Of a DNA stretch of 60,941 nucleotides, positions 7,091-17,098 are shown in pieces. A model generated the notes under the pieces. It ran no database searches, was not told where the DNA came from, and was given only the letters and a program-made list of their open reading frames with translations. Source of the DNA: a virus (lineage: Duplodnaviria; Caudoviricetes); IMG/VR virus record IMGVR_UViG_3300025012_000095, positions 1-60,941 of that record; one strand, written 5' to 3'. The translations under genes were made by a program, and so were the position numbers. Position 1 is the stretch's first letter. Each line of letters starts with the position of its first letter.

Positions 7091-9130
7091 ATGGGTTTTC
7101 CGCCCACAGAGTCCGATCTATTCCGATCCGCTCTCTCATACATCGCGCATGGTTGGAGTGTCATCCCCATTCGCCCAAGCGACAAACGGCCGTTGGTGAA
7201 ATGGGAAGAGTACCAAACTCGCCTGCCGACAAAACTTGAGTGGGCCGAGTGGTCTAAGACGCCCAATCTCAACATCGCTCTTGTAACAGGCAAGGTAAGT
7301 GACATCACGGTTGTAGATGTGGACGGCGAGGAAGGAATGGAGTCTATCAAAGCCTGCGGACGCCCATTGCCAAAGACACTCCTTCAGAAAAGCCCGCACG
7401 GCTGGCACATGTTCTTCAGGTATTGCGAGAACCTCCGCAACAAGGCAGGGCTGCTTTCAGGCGTTGACGTGAGGGGGGAAGGTGGCTACGTACTCATAGC
7501 GCCTTCCCATCTGTCTGACGGCAGCTACACATGGCGACGCCAATGCACACCACAACCCTTCCCCGAATGGCTGATTCCCGCCTCGGAAGGTGGGCCACAA
7601 AGGCCAGCCCATGAAAAACCTCGTTGGGTGTCGTTTGCGCTTACCAATGGCGCAGAGGCGGGCCAGCGTAACGCGATGGCCACTCGGCTTGCTGGCTATC
7701 TCTTTGGCCGAGGACTGCCAGAAGATGTTGTTCGGGCAACGTTGGAGCCATATCGCCTGGCTTGCAAGCCCGAACTTTCCCCCACCGAACTAAACACCAC
7801 GATCCGAAGTGTCTCCCGCTACCGGAAGTTTGCATCAGCAGCCGGAGTAATGGATCCCCCGACAGTCCAGAAGACGGCGGCGGGTGAGCGCTATCTGTGG
7901 GATGATCTTGCGGTGGAGGTCAGAACAGTAAGCCGAAATAAGACAGCGCTCCTTGCGGAGCTAGGCGTCACTTTGGCACTTCCCGGCTTATCTGAGACCG
8001 TTCGAGCGCCAAGGGTGGTCAATCTGCTGAGCCAGAGAGACTGCGACAGCTTTGCCGAAAGCTTGCGTCGTGTGGTACCGGAGGTGCAATGGAGTAGCCG
8101 GATAGATGTTCTGTGCAGGCTGGTACTAGAGAGCTATCGGCGGGGGGATCCCGCTGTGCTACTCAAGGATTGCCGTAGGGCCAACGGTGTGCAGTATGCC
8201 TTGGAGCCGCTGCTACTGAGTGATAGCCCGACAGTCTGGTTCGCATCGGGCGGGGTGGGTAAATCACTATTGGCGTTAGCAGCTGCGAGCGCTTTGGCTG
8301 GTCATGATGTCTTTGCTGGAATGAGGGCGAAGCGGCCAATGAGAGTACTCTATCTGGATTGGGAATGGGAGGACTGGCAACACGCCGAACGCCTTCGCCT
8401 ACTCCTGGGAGACGATACAGACGTTGCCGACCTCCTCTACCGTAGGTGCTATGGCGCATTGCCGGACGAGATAGAGGCTATCCGGCAGATAGTGGCGGAT
8501 GAGGAGATCGGCTATGTCGTGATAGACAGCCTGGGGGCGGCGTGTGGGGGTGACTTGAATGATGCCGACACAGCCATCCGGTTCAACGGGTTGATCCGCT
8601 CCCTGAATGTTGGTAGCCTGTGGATTACCCACGTAACCAAGAATAACGAGGCGGACGTCGATCGACCCTTCGGCAGCATCTACTTCCACAACATGGCGAG
8701 GTTGGTCTGGCGGGTGAAGCGCCAGACAGAAGTCGATTCGGACGAGATAGCGGTTGGCTTCTATTGTACAAAATCAAACGCCACGCGTCTTCACAAGCCG
8801 GTCGGGCTAACCGTTAGGTTTGGCGAGCGCATCAGCATAACGCCTGCCGACCTGTTGTCGCACTCCACATTGGCGGCGGGGCTCCCGATTCGTGACCGCA
8901 TCCTCCGAGCACTGACACTGGAGCCAACGAGCGAGGTCGGCCTAGCCGAAGAACTGGGTACAACCAGGAGTACGATCCACAAGAAGCTGGAGGCACTACA
9001 AAAGGCGGGCACGATTGAGGCAGAAAACGGGCATTGGAAGCTTGCGCCCACCTCCGAAGTGCTGTTCGTGCAGTCTGATGCGCCAGCGTGGATGGAGTGT
9101 ATTCCGTTCGACTCGCTGTCAGGTGATTAG
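7091..9130 (+). CDS. Bifunctional primase-polymerase (Prim-Pol) + PriCT + AAA_25 helicase + C-terminal wHTH
   Basis: GWSVIP..KRPLVKW, VVDVDG, GWHMFF, GVDVRGEGGYVLIAPS, GQRNAM, GGVGKS, VVIDSL. Confidence 0.9.
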   Translation: MGFPPTESDLFRSALSYIAHGWSVIPIRPSDKRPLVKWEEYQTRLPTKLEWAEWSKTPNLNIALVTGKVSDITVVDVDGEEGMESIKACGRPLPKTLLQKSPHGWHMFFRYCENLRNKAGLLSGVDVRGEGGYVLIAPSHLSDGSYTWRRQCTPQPFPEWLIPASEGGPQRPAHEKPRWVSFALTNGAEAGQRNAMATRLAGYLFGRGLPEDVVRATLEPYRLACKPELSPTELNTTIRSVSRYRKFASAAGVMDPPTVQKTAAGERYLWDDLAVEVRTVSRNKTALLAELGVTLALPGLSETVRAPRVVNLLSQRDCDSFAESLRRVVPEVQWSSRIDVLCRLVLESYRRGDPAVLLKDCRRANGVQYALEPLLLSDSPTVWFASGGVGKSLLALAAASALAGHDVFAGMRAKRPMRVLYLDWEWEDWQHAERLRLLLGDDTDVADLLYRRCYGALPDEIEAIRQIVADEEIGYVVIDSLGAACGGDLNDADTAIRFNGLIRSLNVGSLWITHVTKNNEADVDRPFGSIYFHNMARLVWRVKRQTEVDSDEIAVGFYCTKSNATRLHKPVGLTVRFGERISITPADLLSHSTLAAGLPIRDRILRALTLEPTSEVGLAEELGTTRSTIHKKLEALQKAGTIEAENGHWKLAPTSEVLFVQSDAPAWMECIPFDSLSGD

Positions 9131-9138
9131 GAGGGCGG

Positions 9139-9465
9139 GTGCCAAGAGAAAGCACGTTGGGAAGAGCGGTGGATGGGGCGTTGGTGGATTACCTCTGCTG
9201 TATAGACACAGAGGATGAGTTAGCAGATCGGCTAAGAGCAGCACTTGTGCTACATCAAGAAAGAGAGGCGACAATGGATGGCAAAGCTCAAGGGGATTGG
9301 CAACTCGGGCCGAGTGTTCTGGGGGCACTACAAGCCTTCAACGGCAGCAACCAGAGTGCCAGTGACGAAAGGCAGTTGGCAAACAGACTGGAGGCCACGT
9401 TGGAGGAGTTTCACAGGGAGCTTATGAGACGCATACATTCACACAGAGAACAGGACGGCATGTGA
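9139..9465 (+). CDS. Hypothetical protein
   Basis: GGAGG RBS before GTG; internal repeat (ELADRLRAAL / QLANRLEATL). Confidence 0.55.
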   Translation: MPRESTLGRAVDGALVDYLCCIDTEDELADRLRAALVLHQEREATMDGKAQGDWQLGPSVLGALQAFNGSNQSASDERQLANRLEATLEEFHRELMRRIHSHREQDGM

Positions 9466-9481
9466 TTCGTGGCTCCAAAAG

Positions 9482-9519
9482 CGCAAGGCCCGCCGGCTAA
9501 AGGGCTGGCGGGCCTTGCG
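9482..9519 (+). terminator. Strong hairpin, probable terminator
   Basis: cgcaaggcccgccggc...gctggcgggccttgcg inverted repeat. Confidence 0.65.
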
Positions 9520-9594
9520 GTGGAGGTCCTCAGTAAGTATACCCGAAGCAACTCCTTTGACCAAATTACAAGAGGATGCTCTCAGTGAGAACAC

Positions 9595-9623
9595 TTGACG
9601 CCCTAAAGTTGTTGTGGTAGAAT
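9595..9623 (+). promoter_or_regulatory. Sigma70-type promoter with extended -10
   Basis: TTGACG-17 nt-TAGAAT preceded by TGG. Confidence 0.75.
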
Positions 9624-9642
9624 GAGCAGACAAGGAGGGGAT

Positions 9643-10464
9643 ATGGATGATCTGGCGCGGGTAGAAACTGAATACATCCTGGTGGAGGGTAGGCGAGAGC
9701 GGTACGAGCTAGCTCCGACCGACACCCCGAGGGACTGGATGCTGCTACTGGTAGCAGCGACGACTGATCGGGATGTATTGAACTGGGATATTGCAGACCT
9801 GATAGTCGATGGCGAGCGCTTCATAGGCGTTCCCGGCATTGACACTGAGACGGGGGAGCCGTGTTGGGACGAGGATGCGATCTTTGACGATGCGAATCCT
9901 CGCTACGCTGGCTTCGACTACTTTGATACGTTGGCGAAACTAGAGGTTCACGTTCCGCGTTCGGAGCAGGCGAGGCTGAGTGCGGCGGGCAAGAAGTTCC
10001 TGCGGGATCCCGAAAGCGAGTGGTATAGGTATCGCCCTGAATGGCAGGGAGCGAAGATGGCGCATTTCATTGCCCTGCGTTACCAGGACTTGCCCTGGGA
10101 GTTAGTGAACCGCTGCCTTTCAGGCGGCTACTCGGTGGCAGCTTGCAATCGAGAAAGGAGCCAGTGGTACGAACAAACCTCGCCGGCCACCGTGGCGGAA
10201 GAAGAGGTCGAGGAGGAGAAGCCAGCGGACAAGGAAGAGGTCTTCGTAGGTTTGAATTACCATCAGACCAGGGGACGTCATGTTGACAGCATAGCCAGTT
10301 GGTTGGTACAGAATGTTGACAGCCTGACGAGGGTAACGTCGTTCTCGTGTGCCGAGGCGGTTGTATGGTGGATATATCACGCCGCCCCAAAGAGCGTGCT
10401 GAACGGCGCTCTGGTGAACGAGGAGTTCGTTCCGTGGCCCCCCGAGGAGGAGGATTATGAGTAA
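9643..10464 (+). CDS. Hypothetical acidic protein
   Basis: Long ORF with AAGGAGG RBS downstream of the promoter. Confidence 0.75.
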   Translation: MDDLARVETEYILVEGRRERYELAPTDTPRDWMLLLVAATTDRDVLNWDIADLIVDGERFIGVPGIDTETGEPCWDEDAIFDDANPRYAGFDYFDTLAKLEVHVPRSEQARLSAAGKKFLRDPESEWYRYRPEWQGAKMAHFIALRYQDLPWELVNRCLSGGYSVAACNRERSQWYEQTSPATVAEEEVEEEKPADKEEVFVGLNYHQTRGRHVDSIASWLVQNVDSLTRVTSFSCAEAVVWWIYHAAPKSVLNGALVNEEFVPWPPEEEDYE

Positions 10465-12930
10465 CCCAAAAGACACCGAGGTGACGCCGTTGAAAGCCAA
10501 GATCACGATTGAGACCGAGGATGGTTGGACCTACCAGTGTGATGCCGTGGAGTGGGACCTAAACCTGGAAGCGGGTTTGAGGGAGACGACTTACGATCAC
10601 GCCCCTAATTTTGTACCGATGAGGCCCACACACGAATATAACCCGCCGGACGACCGTTGGGAGTTGACGGCAAGCGGGTTCGGGTTGCCCTGGCGGAGCC
10701 AAGAGAAAGCGACGGGAGCAGAGTGACGGGGCTATTGATGTGGCTGTTCGACAAGTTGGTCGCGTCGTGGTGGTTCCCATTGCTCGAATGGCTGGGAAGG
10801 CCAAGGCAATGAAGAGAGAAGAGGGGATGGTGGAACACTGTGAAAACTGCTGGTGGTTTTCCGCTCCGCCCAGGCCGGCAGCTCTTGGGGATTGCCAACT
10901 GGCCGGGTCTTACCTCGGTGCCCCCGACAACCCCGACTCACCGATGGTTGCTCAGGACTACGAGGGGTATGCGGCAAGCCTTACAGTACGGCCAACATTC
11001 GGTTGCGTAGCGTGGAGGGCAAAATGAGTGATTTCTCCTACGATAAGGAGCAGTGGGATTGGCCGCACGGCACAGATCCTGGGGTGCTGGCGCTGGACGT
11101 TTGCACGTTGGCCAAGTCCGGCGGCATCACGCTGCCACAGGCAGTTATGCTGCTGGAGTACCACTGTGGTTGGGAGCACGTGGACGCCGTGTGGGCAATG
11201 CGCGGGGAGATTGGAGGACTTGGGAAAGCGATTCGGGCTACGGTGCCGCTAATGGAGGAGGAGGAGGAGGAGTACGAGTATAACCCGCCGGACGACCGTG
11301 AGGAGGTGACGCAATGACGACGATGGTCGTATGCCCGAATGCCGGCCACCCTGGATGGTGTGATGGGTGCTTCCACAACCAGCCGCACGAGCGTAAGCTC
11401 GAATGCACGGAGATTGAAAAATTCCTCGCCCCATGTGATGCTCCGTGTGTGGCAGTGGCGGAGGAGGAGGTGGAGAATGAGTGACTGGAGGCGGTGGTCC
11501 GTCGTTCACGGCCTAGCCAGTTGGGCGTATCGGCTGGGCGTTATCGCGGGGTATGGGGTGCGTGGGACGGTGACCGGTTGGCGGTTGGATAGCGTGCGGT
11601 GGCGAGGCCGCCGCGTGTACCTTCTGGGCTGGCCAACAATGAAGTGGGAGTGCCTGCTCCTGCGGCACCATTGGCCGTACTGGCCGGAGGACCGCCCCGT
11701 ATTCATGGGGCTGTGCGGCCGGTGCCTGCCGTGGCCGTGCTGTGGGTCGATTGAGCATGACCATGTGTCGGGTTGCTCGGCAGAAAGTGAGCACGAGGAA
11801 TAAGGATGACTAGGACGGTCGTTCTTTCCAGTGTGGTCATGGAAGGGCTGGCGTTCAACAACGCCGGTGGCTTATATGAATCGCGGGCGGGTTGGGCTAT
11901 AAGGTGGCGGCGAGGAGAACTTTCGGAAGTCTACTGTCCGGGCTGTCGTAGGTGGCGACAGTTGGCCGAGTCGTTTTCCATCGAGGTTCCGTTGTGTGAC
12001 GGATGCTTGGGGACTTTCCTGGAGCTGTTCGATGAATGAGCTTGTAGCGGTGGTGGAGGAGACTGGCGAGGTCGTGCCGGTTCGCGAATCCCTGTCGATG
12101 GGGCGCCTGCTGGCGCACGCTGATGAGACCGATCGCCTGACGGTCTTGCGGTTGGAGATCGAGGAGCGCATCCGGTTCCTGTGCATCGAGGACATGCCGC
12201 TTGAGAAGTTCAGGTGCGAGGAACGCGATCTCGTGCGGCGCCTTGCGACCGACAAGGAGGCGCTGGCTCAGGCGTTCGCCCCGGAGGTGCGGAAGTCGCT
12301 CGGGGGCGCGATCACGATCGACCTGGGGCGGATTCGGTTCACCTGGCCGAAGCCGACGGAGCGGTGGGTGCAGCGGATCAAGCCGGCCCTGATCTTCAAG
12401 CGGAGGCCGGATCTGGCGGAGGAGCTCGGGATCGAACTCGTGATGGACGAGCCACGGGCGCCGATTGTAACGGTTCGTCCGCCGCGGGAGCTCACAAGTT
12501 GACGCATTACTAGGAGGAGGGGCAAGTGGGGACTAACTACTACTGGGAGACTCCCGCGTCGGAGAAGTGTTCTCTGTGCGGCAGAAGCGACGCGGGGGAA
12601 TACCTCCACATTGGCAAGTCTAGTGGCGGGTGGTGCTTCCTCCTTCACGTCTACCCCGACGAGGGGATAAACGACCTGGAGGATTGGGCTTACAAATGGC
12701 AGGGCTGCGGCTACATCCGCGACGAATATGGCCGCACAATGTCTCCCCCCGAGATGCGCGGAGTGATAACAGATCGTCGTCACCTCGGCCCTCCCTGGAG
12801 CGAGGGGACTTTGGCGCTGAACCATGCAGTGCAAGGCCCGAACGGGTTGGCGCGATGTGAGATTGACGGGGGGCATTGCATCGGCCACGGGGAGGGGGCC
12901 TGGGATTTTATCGTGGGGGAATTCTCGTGA
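10457..12930 (+). other. Cluster of small hypothetical genes (10457-10726, 10809-11027, 11024-11317, 11314-11484, 11477-11803, 11806-12039, 12032-12502, 12526-12930)
   Basis: Coupled start/stop overlaps and RBSs; several are Cys-rich; the 12526 ORF has the phage-type MGTNYY..HIGKSSGGWCF pattern. Confidence 0.6.
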
Positions 12931-13178
12931 AGAGGCACAGGGAGGAGATACTCGAAGCCATCGAGCGGTATTATGCAGAGGTGGGGATTGGCCCTAGTAT
13001 GCGGTGCATCATGACAATGACGGGGATCTCCTCGACCTCAATTGTGAGTTACAATCTCCGCTTGTTGGAGAAGGACGGGGACGTGCGAATCATCATGGAT
13101 GGCTCCGGGCGCCGCATGGTTGCGGGCGGTGTGGTGCCGTCTCAGAAACGCCGCATAGAGATAGCAATGTATGGCTGA
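12927..13178 (+). CDS. LexA N-terminal DNA-binding-domain-only protein
   Basis: EILEAIERYYAEVGIGPSMRCIMTMTGISSTSIVSYNLRLLEKDG resembles the LexA wHTH; no S24 peptidase domain. Confidence 0.75.
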   Translation: MKRHREEILEAIERYYAEVGIGPSMRCIMTMTGISSTSIVSYNLRLLEKDGDVRIIMDGSGRRMVAGGVVPSQKRRIEIAMYG

Positions 13179-13515
13179 GTCTGAACTAGAGCGCACTTTC
13201 GATTTCTACTGGACGGCGCTGGGGGGTGGGGCTCTGGACATGCTGGTGAAGTTGTTTCCCCCTCGGAAATGGGAGTATGACCGTGTGGATCGACAGGCAA
13301 AGGTTATAGTCGAATGTGAAGGACAGGGGGGGAGGCATCAAACGTTCATGGGATTCGAGAACGATGCCGAAAAGTACAACAAGGCCGTCGCGGAAGGCTA
13401 CGCGCTTTTTCGGGTCACTAGCAAGATGTTGCGAGACGACCCCGCAGGGGTTTTGACGCCCATTATGGAAACCATCGAGAGGAACAGACGTGAGCGAGAC
13501 GATAACGCTGGCTGA
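13171..13515 (+). CDS. DUF559/Vsr-like PD-(D/E)xK endonuclease
   Basis: RKWEYD..KVIVECEG..GRHQ..GFENDAEKYNKA..GY..FRVT. Confidence 0.7.
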   Translation: MAESELERTFDFYWTALGGGALDMLVKLFPPRKWEYDRVDRQAKVIVECEGQGGRHQTFMGFENDAEKYNKAVAEGYALFRVTSKMLRDDPAGVLTPIMETIERNRRERDDNAG

Positions 13516-13753
13516 GGCTGCCGAGTTAGCGGGGATTACGCAAGCGGGGGTACACTATTGGATCAAAAAAGGCTGGATAACCCCCGCCCCTGATACCATT
13601 ATGGACAGGGGGCGAGTACTAAAGCTCAAGGTGAGCAAGAGGGAGCTACAGGACTTCCTAGCTCTTCGCGGGAAGCTGATGTTGTTAGGGCGGAGGCTGC
13701 CAAAGGGGGCGCAGATTCAAAAGCGGAGGACATCTGATGCCGCAGATATGTAA
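13490..13753 (+). CDS. MerR/excisionase-like HTH protein
   Basis: ITLAEAAELAGITQAGVHYWIKKGWI. Confidence 0.7.
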   Translation: MSETITLAEAAELAGITQAGVHYWIKKGWITPAPDTIMDRGRVLKLKVSKRELQDFLALRGKLMLLGRRLPKGAQIQKRRTSDAADM

Positions 13754-14444
13754 CGCAACCTCAAAGCACACTGGCGTGCAGTGCAAAATGAGGGCCGAGC
13801 CGGGAAGATCCAAATGCCGGTTTCACGGTGGGCGGTCTCCCAGGGGGACCGCCCACTGGAATTACCAGGGGAAAGGCCGGTCTAAAGACCTCCCCCTCCG
13901 GCTGGCGGATAGGGTAAGGGCGGGACTGCTCGATCCAGAACTGATGTCCCTCCGAAAAGACGTGGCAAGGGAAGAGGCGTTTGTTCAGGAGAAGTGGGAG
14001 CGGTTGGCAGGAGAGCCAAGTGCGGAGCTGGCCAAGAAGTTGTTGAAGACTTGGGAGAGGGTGGCCAAGATAAGGGAGAGGGGGGAAGACGAAGATCTCG
14101 TTGAAGCCCTAAACGAGCACCACGAACAGATGCGACGCGTTGGGGAGTGGCAGGACACTTACCGCCTGATGACAGAGATAGGCGGCCATACCAAGACCAA
14201 GGCAAAGCTAGTCAAGGCGGAGGCGAGCCGCGCGGTGGCGCTTGGCATGATGCTAACCGTTGAGCAGCAAGTACTCCAGGTTGGGTTGTTGCAGCAAATC
14301 CTTGCCGAGCAAATTGCGGACAAACGGGTTCTGGCAAGAATCGGGAAGGAAATAGAGACACGGATTCTCTCGTTTGGCCGGCCGGATGATGTTATAGATG
14401 GAGTGGGGAGGTCTAGCGAATGGGAGGAAGACGTGATAGAATAG
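13737..14444 (+). CDS. HGGxSTG-domain protein, probable terminase small subunit
   Basis: CNATSKHTGVQC..KCRFHGGRSPRG followed by a helical region. Confidence 0.65.
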   Translation: MPQICNATSKHTGVQCKMRAEPGRSKCRFHGGRSPRGTAHWNYQGKGRSKDLPLRLADRVRAGLLDPELMSLRKDVAREEAFVQEKWERLAGEPSAELAKKLLKTWERVAKIRERGEDEDLVEALNEHHEQMRRVGEWQDTYRLMTEIGGHTKTKAKLVKAEASRAVALGMMLTVEQQVLQVGLLQQILAEQIADKRVLARIGKEIETRILSFGRPDDVIDGVGRSSEWEEDVIE

Positions 14445-14585
14445 CATCGGGTGGTGACGTTCAGGCCGAGCGCTGCGCTCAAGCGGGCACTACACAAGTG
14501 AGGCGGTGCAAGTAAGCCGGTATTTGTCCCTGGTTTTGTCAAGCACACGGCGTCCGAACGGATGCTTTGTCAAGTGAGGTGTGAC

Positions 14586-15424
14586 ATGCAGGTGAAATGT
14601 GATCATGCGGAGCGGTACGCTGTATGCGGGACGTGCCGGCATATGCTGGCGCACGAGCCCGTGCAAGCGATAGACACGGTGGCTCCTGGTCGGAAGCGGA
14701 CGTGCCGAAGCTCGGGCGCCTGCGTGTTGGAGGTGTTCACGGGCCGCCGGTTGGACAGGGAGTGCGTCGTGAAGGCCCGGTGCCGAAAGGTGTGATGCTG
14801 TACGACCCGCCGCCGATCATGGCTGCGTATGACTGGGCACGCGGGCTGGCGCTCGGGCTCGGGTGGCTGCTCGGCTGCGGCGCGAGGCTGGGGCGATGTG
14901 TGAAAGGAGAGTGTGAAATATGAGTAGCTGCCGCCCACGTGATCTACCGGCTGACTGGGTACAGAACGCCCACGGCAACTGGGTTTGCCCCGTCTGCCAG
15001 TACGAGGCGTATTGTTTGTGTGACCCGCCGCCGACGCCGGACGAGGCACGGCGAATTGTGGGCGCGCCGTCGGCGCATGTCATTGTGATTCCGATGGCCC
15101 ACTCGCACCCGCCGACACTAAACACACCGGGAGGCCGGGTAGGGGGTGTGACTTGAAAGTGCTCTGCTCGATGATCTGGCGTTTGTCGGAATGGTCCGGC
15201 GTGGGGCTGGGCGTGCTGGCGCCGTGGGTGTTTGGTGGGACGATTGGCCGCCGACCCCGTAGGGTAGCGTGATGCTTTACGAACCGCCGCCGATGATCAT
15301 GGCCGCGTACGACTGGGCGCGCGTGGGCGGCTGGTTGCTCGGCTACGCCGCATGGGCGGTGTGGGTCTGGTTGCTCGGCTGCGGCGCGTGGGCGGTGTGG
15401 GTGTGGATACGACGAGCGCGCTAG
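14586..15424 (+). other. Small ORFs (14586-14795 Cys/His-rich, 14795-14923, 14920-15156, 15272-15424)
   Basis: Coupled starts; the 14795 and 15272 ORFs are paralogous (MLY[DE]PPP..MAAYDWAR). Confidence 0.5.
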
Positions 15425-15446
15425 AAACCATCCGGGAGGTAGGCAA

Positions 15447-15848
15447 GTGGATATCTATGCGCTATGGGCTGAGCTACAATCCACGATCTATGCTGGCAAG
15501 TCCGATGCTGAGGCCGCGGATCTGCTGAATTCCAAGAAGATAATTGTAGCCCGTGACACGGCAACCGCATCGGAGGTGTTCGAGTGCATCGTCCCCGCTG
15601 AGTGGGCGGCGGCGACCGCGCAGGAAAAACAACGCGTGAGCATGGTGCTTGGCATGGGCTCGGTGGCTCTTCGTGGTATCAATACACGCGCGGCCCTGGC
15701 AGCCGCGTTCGGCGTGAGCTCGGCGACGCGAGCGAATATTCTGGCGTTGCTCACAATAAAAATCAGTCGAGCGAATGAGCTGGGCCTTGGCACTGTCGAT
15801 CCCGTTCACGTCTGGCAGGCGCGCCGTGAGTTTGGAGGTGTGAGTTGA
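15447..15848 (+). CDS. Hypothetical protein (putative virion module)
   Basis: GGAGGT RBS; first gene of a coupled operon. Confidence 0.7.
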   Translation: MDIYALWAELQSTIYAGKSDAEAADLLNSKKIIVARDTATASEVFECIVPAEWAAATAQEKQRVSMVLGMGSVALRGINTRAALAAAFGVSSATRANILALLTIKISRANELGLGTVDPVHVWQARREFGGVS

Positions 15849-16291
15849 CGACTTATACGGCCCAATGGGAGACGCTGCCGGCTCTTACGTCCTATCTAAC
15901 AACGGCACTCAATAGCCTTGCCAACAACGGGCTCGTAATTGGTGCCGCGATCGACGTCGATAACGAGATGTGGATGAATGTGGAGCTGAATCTCGCCGCC
16001 CAGGGTAGTGCGCGCTCGGCCGGGGCCTATGTAGCCATCTACGGAGTGCGTGCAGTTGACGGCGGGACTAACTACGGCTACGGCTCCGCCTCGCTTGCCC
16101 CGGGTGCCCATACGCTACTGTGCGCGCTGCCGCTTGACGCGGCGACGACGGCCCGGATTGTCAATGCGCTGGTGTTCATCCCGGCCTGTACGGATATGAT
16201 GTTGATTGTCGAGAACAAGACCGGGCAAGCCTTCGCCGCGTCGGCAACCACACTGTCCTATGGCTTCGTGAGTGAGCAGGTGGTCGGCTGA
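15845..16291 (+). CDS. Hypothetical beta-rich virion-like protein
   Basis: Ala/Thr/Gly-rich, coupled to its neighbours. Confidence 0.7.
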   Translation: MTTYTAQWETLPALTSYLTTALNSLANNGLVIGAAIDVDNEMWMNVELNLAAQGSARSAGAYVAIYGVRAVDGGTNYGYGSASLAPGAHTLLCALPLDAATTARIVNALVFIPACTDMMLIVENKTGQAFAASATTLSYGFVSEQVVG

Positions 16292-17097
16292 TGGGTGGCT
16301 TTCGGGGTTGGGGATGGTCTGGGCCGGGGCCGCCGGTTGGTGAGCCGTTCGGGCTGAATACTCAGAGCCCACAGGCACGAGGGCTGCTGGCGTGGTATGC
16401 TCCAGCGGCGACACCGGGGACGGGGGTACTACACAACCGCTTCCGGCAGACACTCATCGCGTCTCGCATCGCGGCGTGGTCGCGTGATATCGGCCCTCTG
16501 ATTACTGCCGTAGCCACGGATGTCCTAGCCACAACCGCAATCATCAATTTTAGCATGGTTGCGTGGCTGGATTGGGATGGGGTGGATCAGAGCCGCACTG
16601 TGACGTACAACGGCGACCCCGGGGCAAATGGATACGGATTCCGAATAGGCGATCTGACAGGCGGGCCTGGTCCAAAGCTTGGCGTTATGCTCGGCGGGCA
16701 GAGCTGGAACGCGTGTTTGCCGGGCATAACGTTGGCGCCCGGTGCCAATCACGTAGTGGCTACGCGCGGCGCCACATTGTGGACAACGTACCTGTCTGCC
16801 ACGGTGGTAGGCACGGGGTCTCTGACGCCAGGCGTGCCAAGTTACGGCAGCATTTCCCTGCCCTCTAACGCATTCTCTAGAGGGCTGGGAGACTGGCGCA
16901 TTTACAACCGAGCCCTGGCCCCCGCCGAGGTCTGGCAGCTGTACGACCCGGCGACCCGCTGGGATCTCTACCGCCCGCTGACGCGGCGACTGTGGGCAGT
17001 GACGGCACCGATCGTCGCGGGGGCCGTTGGCATATGGGGCCGCCGCGCTGAGTTGGCATTGCCGGGCGGCGTGACGATCGGCCCGGTGGGAGGTTAG
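16291..17097 (+). CDS. LamG/concanavalin-A-like jelly-roll protein (possible receptor binding)
   Basis: FSMVAW, NHVVATR, DWRIYNRALAPAEVWQLY are typical LamG_3 motifs. Confidence 0.75.
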   Translation: MGGFRGWGWSGPGPPVGEPFGLNTQSPQARGLLAWYAPAATPGTGVLHNRFRQTLIASRIAAWSRDIGPLITAVATDVLATTAIINFSMVAWLDWDGVDQSRTVTYNGDPGANGYGFRIGDLTGGPGPKLGVMLGGQSWNACLPGITLAPGANHVVATRGATLWTTYLSATVVGTGSLTPGVPSYGSISLPSNAFSRGLGDWRIYNRALAPAEVWQLYDPATRWDLYRPLTRRLWAVTAPIVAGAVGIWGRRAELALPGGVTIGPVGG

Positions 17098-17098
17098 T

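Noticed and set aside
14530-14580. Two reverse-strand TTGACA hexamers
   Set aside because: No acceptable -10 at 16-18 nt spacing
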